Translations under genes and position numbers: made by a program
Source: the human T2T-CHM13v2.0 reference genome, Homo sapiens
Length of the DNA: 64,000 bases
Assembly (NCBI RefSeq): GCF_009914755.1
Contig: NC_060936.1
Direction: 5' to 3' (one strand)
Notes under the pieces: generated by a model
What the model saw: the letters and a program-made list of their open reading frames with translations, nothing else
Database searches by the model: none
Told to the model about the DNA's origin: nothing
Shown: piece after piece, positions 58,980 to 64,000 of the stretch
Numbering within the stretch: position 1 is the stretch's first letter
How the letters are laid out: each line of letters starts with the position of its first letter

Positions 58980-61900
58980 GTACTCACTAATGCGCAGGTG
59001 GAAAATAGGATCATCACAATAAGCACTATCATTTGAAAGAGAAGAAAAGAACCCACACACCATCACTAACCTGAAGCAATTCCAAAATCTTACTGGGAGG
59101 CTATTTGAAAGTCCCTTATCCTAGGGCTAGATACATTTTTAAATTATTATTATTAGATCTGGTTCTGCTTCCTGGGAGAAAGCCTCTGTCTATCGTTCTC
59201 TGATCCCCTGGTCCCACTCTCCCTGGTCTCCCTGATCTGATTATCTTCTATGATCACCTATAAAGTGAGCATTGGAAAGGATGCCGTCCTGGGGGCTTTG
59301 CAGTTTCATTTGATCACTTCCTATATGTAAGTCTTTAGGAGTTTAAGAGTTGTGTTAGGTACTGAATAGTGTTCTTTTCATAGTATAATACTCTCAAAAC
59401 CATAGCTCCTTTTAAAATTAATTCAGTACAGTTTTGTATGCTAATAACTACACCATCAGTTTTATTTTTTTTCTCGGATGTACTTTTAAGATTTGCTGTA
59501 TTTCTGTGTCCTTTAGGTGTTGTGCTTCTCACTCCCAATTTAGGTGATGATAATTTCAGACTGTCAGGCTTTGTTGGGAAACCCTAGAAGATTTTCCATG
59601 AGAAAAGAATTTTTAGTCTCTTTTCCTTGAGTTATTCTATCCAACTGAAAAGATATATTGAGTCCTATAACCTTAATTTGATTTTGCTCTTAAACACTTT
59701 AATCCATTCATAGGATTTATAACGGGTGTGGTGACCACATCTTGATTAACCCTTACTGAGGCTGAGTTGAAATATGCATTTTTAGCTCAGTGCCCTTCCC
59801 AGTTCTTCTGCTATTTAAGAAGGGAAAGCAGTTGCCTTTTCCGTGTTCTTGGACCTTTCTATTCCCTTTTTTTTTATCCTTGCAAACAAATCTAGTCTTT
59901 TCTGAGCTCATTTGTCTCTTATACCTTGTCAAATACAGATCACAGTAACCAATAAATGATACTTACATCCTGTTGTCCATTCTCTCTGGTAGAGCTACAA
60001 GTCCATTAGGTCCTTCATCTACCTTCGAAATATTGCAGACAGCAGTGTTACCATATGCTCCTTCTCTGTGTTCCATAGACCACCTCTTTCCAGCCACTAA
60101 TGCCAGGTTCCTCAGCACCAGCTCTCAGGCCCCTCCCCTATTGCCTCATGTAGTTGGGATACTTCACAGCAACAGCCCACTCTGGGTACCAGTTCTGAAT
60201 AACTTTCTACTCTGCAATCAGCAGTATGTACAATGATTCAGAGTTGCGCATTAGGTAATGCTTTGGTAAAAATCAAAGGTTCTTAGGCTCAATCAAAGGG
60301 ATTGAGAAAAATCTAAGAGACTGCAGAGAAAACAATTGAAGAGCCATGTATTATAGAAATTGGAGTGGGAATGAGCTCTCACAGAAAGAAAAGTACCAAC
60401 TGAAAGGCTGGTCAAGATTTCATTAATTCACAAAGAAAATTACAAAAACTTTAGGAAAAAAACCTAGTATTTGGGATGTACAAATGAGACCATGCACGTT
60501 AGATCAAAATTTGGTAAATATAAAAACAAACATAAACATAAACTATAATCAATTAAAATTGTATAGTTAGCATCAGAGAAGTATTTCTTTAATTAAATTA
60601 AATCCACCTTGCCCATGATAGATTAATCATGTAACAAGCCACCTCTTAGGGGATTCTGTGCCAGTTTAAATAATTTCATGACTTGGGGGTAGAGAATTGT
60701 GAGGAGGGAAGAAAGATTTGCTGGGTAATTCCTGCAGGGTTCAAAAGACATGGCTCCTTACCTCAAAACTTACAACTTGTATTAAAAAATAATAAGGCAC
60801 ACAAAAATTAGGAAGACATTTTAATGGTCTACTGTTGACTACAGTAGATGGAAGTTGAAGAGGAGAAAAATCTGTATAGACTGAAGCCTTCAGGGATAAT
60901 TTCATATAAACTGGTGGCTTTAAAGGATAAATAAAAGTTGTTTGGGGTGGAAGAGAAGAAAAGGCTATTTCAAAATTCAAAAGTCATAACCACACTGGTA
61001 ATATTAAAAATATTCTCAGGTCCAAAAGCATTTAGTCAAATTAGGACTGTGATCATAGCAATCAATGAACTAGTGTGCATTTTGACAAGCAAAGGCTTTC
61101 TGATTCTTTTCTGTTTCTCTTTCTATTGATCATGGGGCTAGGAAAATTGCTACAAATTATATTTTGCTATTTATTTTTTGTGACATCAAGAGCAATAATG
61201 TGTGCTAAGTCAGAGGAATAAATGTACAGCCTAGTATTAAAGTAATGCTCCTTTACCCCCTCTGCACACTCGCATGTTGCTTTCCTAACAAACACGCAAA
61301 TATGCAAGCGTTTCCTAGAAGTGACAGCTAATGGTATAAATTAACCTCTTGAATCTGGCATTTTCAAAACTACTGTAGCACATAAAAGATAGTGGTGAAA
61401 TATGAATAGTAAATGGAAGAATGACATGTCCTCCGCCTGCTTTCAGAAGCAAATAGAGGGTTTCACTATCAAGAAAATTATAGGCTCTAGGTTTGTTTAA
61501 TTACTGAGATTTTCAAACAACCTTTCTTACAATGAACTAATTTGGGTTTGAGGAAAAAAATAGCAGAAGACAGTTCTTTCTAAATTTTCTTTTAAAATTA
61601 TGAAAAGCACTCAGAACATTGGACTTAATCATTAACAGAATAAAGGCAAACCAGAAATGGTTTATATAGTTTAATATGACGAATGCATTAAATTAGAATA
61701 GCGGGTAAAAACTTAATGCCAAACAGAAGGCTTATTGCCCCAAATTCTCAGACTTTCATGACTTTGTGGCAAAATAATAGATTTTGGTTTTGGTTTTGTT
61801 TTGTTTTGCTAAAGGGTCATCAAGCAGCACATGACTAAGTAATATTGATACAGGTAGTGGTATGAGAAAGTTGTAAGGAACTAAGACAGAGAACATGCTT

Positions 61901-62043
61901 CACAGCTTAGAACCAAATGTCTACTACCACCTCACCATTTACTTTTTTTCTCATGTTACAATTTGTTGTAAACCAGTTGAATACATCCATAGATGTATTT
62001 TCAACATTATAGACGTTACGACTTTTTCTTTGTTTGAAATTGA

Positions 62044-62343
<300 letters not shown>

Positions 62344-62602
62344 GTACATAGATTTCTAAATGTAAAATCTATAGAGAAACTGTGGAACACCAGAATTATA
62401 AAATTGGGCATAGCTTCATTGACTACCAGTATAATGAAAAGAAGCTCCTTTCAAAGATTTAATTCTACGTTCTAAAATATGTATTGTGTTATTTAGGTTG
62501 GGATTTTTTTTTAATTTTCCAAACTCTTAGCAAGTTTTTGTTTTCTGATTCAGATTCCTCTAAAAAGAACTTTTAATAAAAAGACATTTGTCTCCAAATT
62601 AA

Positions 62603-62944
<342 letters not shown>

Positions 62945-63639
62945 TGATGGAAATAACACATGCTGCATGATTAATAATTATATTTTAAAATATTACAGAA
63001 TATTGTAATAAAATTATAGTGATAAATATATATACGCTTATATAGTAGATAATTAAATTTAGAATGGTTTGTCATCATTGATCCATGTTGCAAGCTAGAC
63101 TCTGAAACCATATTTATTGCAACTACAGATATTGATATTTATAGGAATATGTTTTGAGACCATAGACTTTTTTCATTTTTGTGTTTGGTTTTGTCTATTT
63201 GTAAATGGAAACATTTATTTTTAATGTGATTCTTGATTGCACTCAAAAACAAGTGCACTGGTGGAGTCAATTTATGATGGAGTATAGAGGTGAAAGAATA
63301 AAGGGAAATACATATAGAAATAGCATTCTCCCACAATCTTAATATGCAGAGGGAAAAATAGTTAATTTTAGAAATAACTGAAACTTAGCTGTTCTTGAAA
63401 AACTACCCCTCAAATGAACTCTTGAATTCCAAGGAACAATTTAAAAATTACAGACTGATTCCCTTATCCTTCACTTTTTCCCTTCCCCCAATTGTCTGAT
63501 GTCTGGCTTTCTACTCAAATTCTACTCAGTTCAGTCAAGCCCCTGCCCAGAAACCTGGTTAGCTGGTTTGTTTTCCCTCAGAACTCAGATTCTGAAATAC
63601 TCCCCTCTACTTTGCCTCATTCATAGAGTAAGTTTTTGA

Positions 63640-63706
63640 ATATAAATAAAAAACTACACACTGGGTACAGTATACACTGCTCTGGTGATGGGTGCACCAA
63701 AATCTA
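63640..63706 (+). mobile_element. Short L1 (L1PB/L1MA1-like) 3' UTR fragment
   Basis: AAAAACTACACACTGGGTACAGTATACACTGCTCTGGTGATGGGTGCACCAAAATCT. Confidence 0.7.
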
Positions 63707-64000
63707 ATAAAAATTCAATTTTATTTTAAAAACTTTATTTTTTAAATCATTTTAAATCTCTCACAATGTCTGTAGTTTCAGTGAATAAAGAGTTTGGAAT
63801 TAGGAGGTCATGAAATTTAACTATATAATCTTCCCAGTGATTTCTATACTGACCTCAAGTAGTTGTTTCATTTGCCCTATCTTAATTCCTACTGGTGATT
63901 TCATTAGGAATAAGGGTTTTGATAAGAATAGCTTTAAACTGGATTTCAGTAATGAGATGGTACTTTGTAGAAGCTAATGGTTAAGAGCACAACAGGCTGT

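Overview
AT-rich primate (very likely human) intronic DNA, dense in Alu, L1, L2, MIR, LTR and DNA-transposon relics. The only host-gene exon I recognise is a 51-nt phase-0 exon at 37124-37174 encoding [17 protein letters not shown]. This matches my recollection of PDE3A exon 2, so the window would be PDE3A intron 1 / exon 2 / intron 2 on the + strand. The outstanding feature is a young ~2.96-kb L1-mediated chimeric retrocopy (31886-34846) lying sense to the host gene ~2.3 kb upstream of that exon. It consists of 148 nt of 18S rRNA fused, through a CGG microhomology, to a 5'-truncated intronless UHRF1 mRNA (codon 314 to the poly(A) tail). One 13-bp target-site duplication at a TT/AAAA site brackets the whole insert. 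The rRNA piece supplies an in-frame ATG (32004), giving an intact 489-aa ORF (PHD core-SRA-PBR-RING; no UBL or TTD). Two young AluY-lineage insertions, two long perfect inverted repeats and several small duplications are also noted. All family, gene and residue assignments come from recalled sequences, not database searches.
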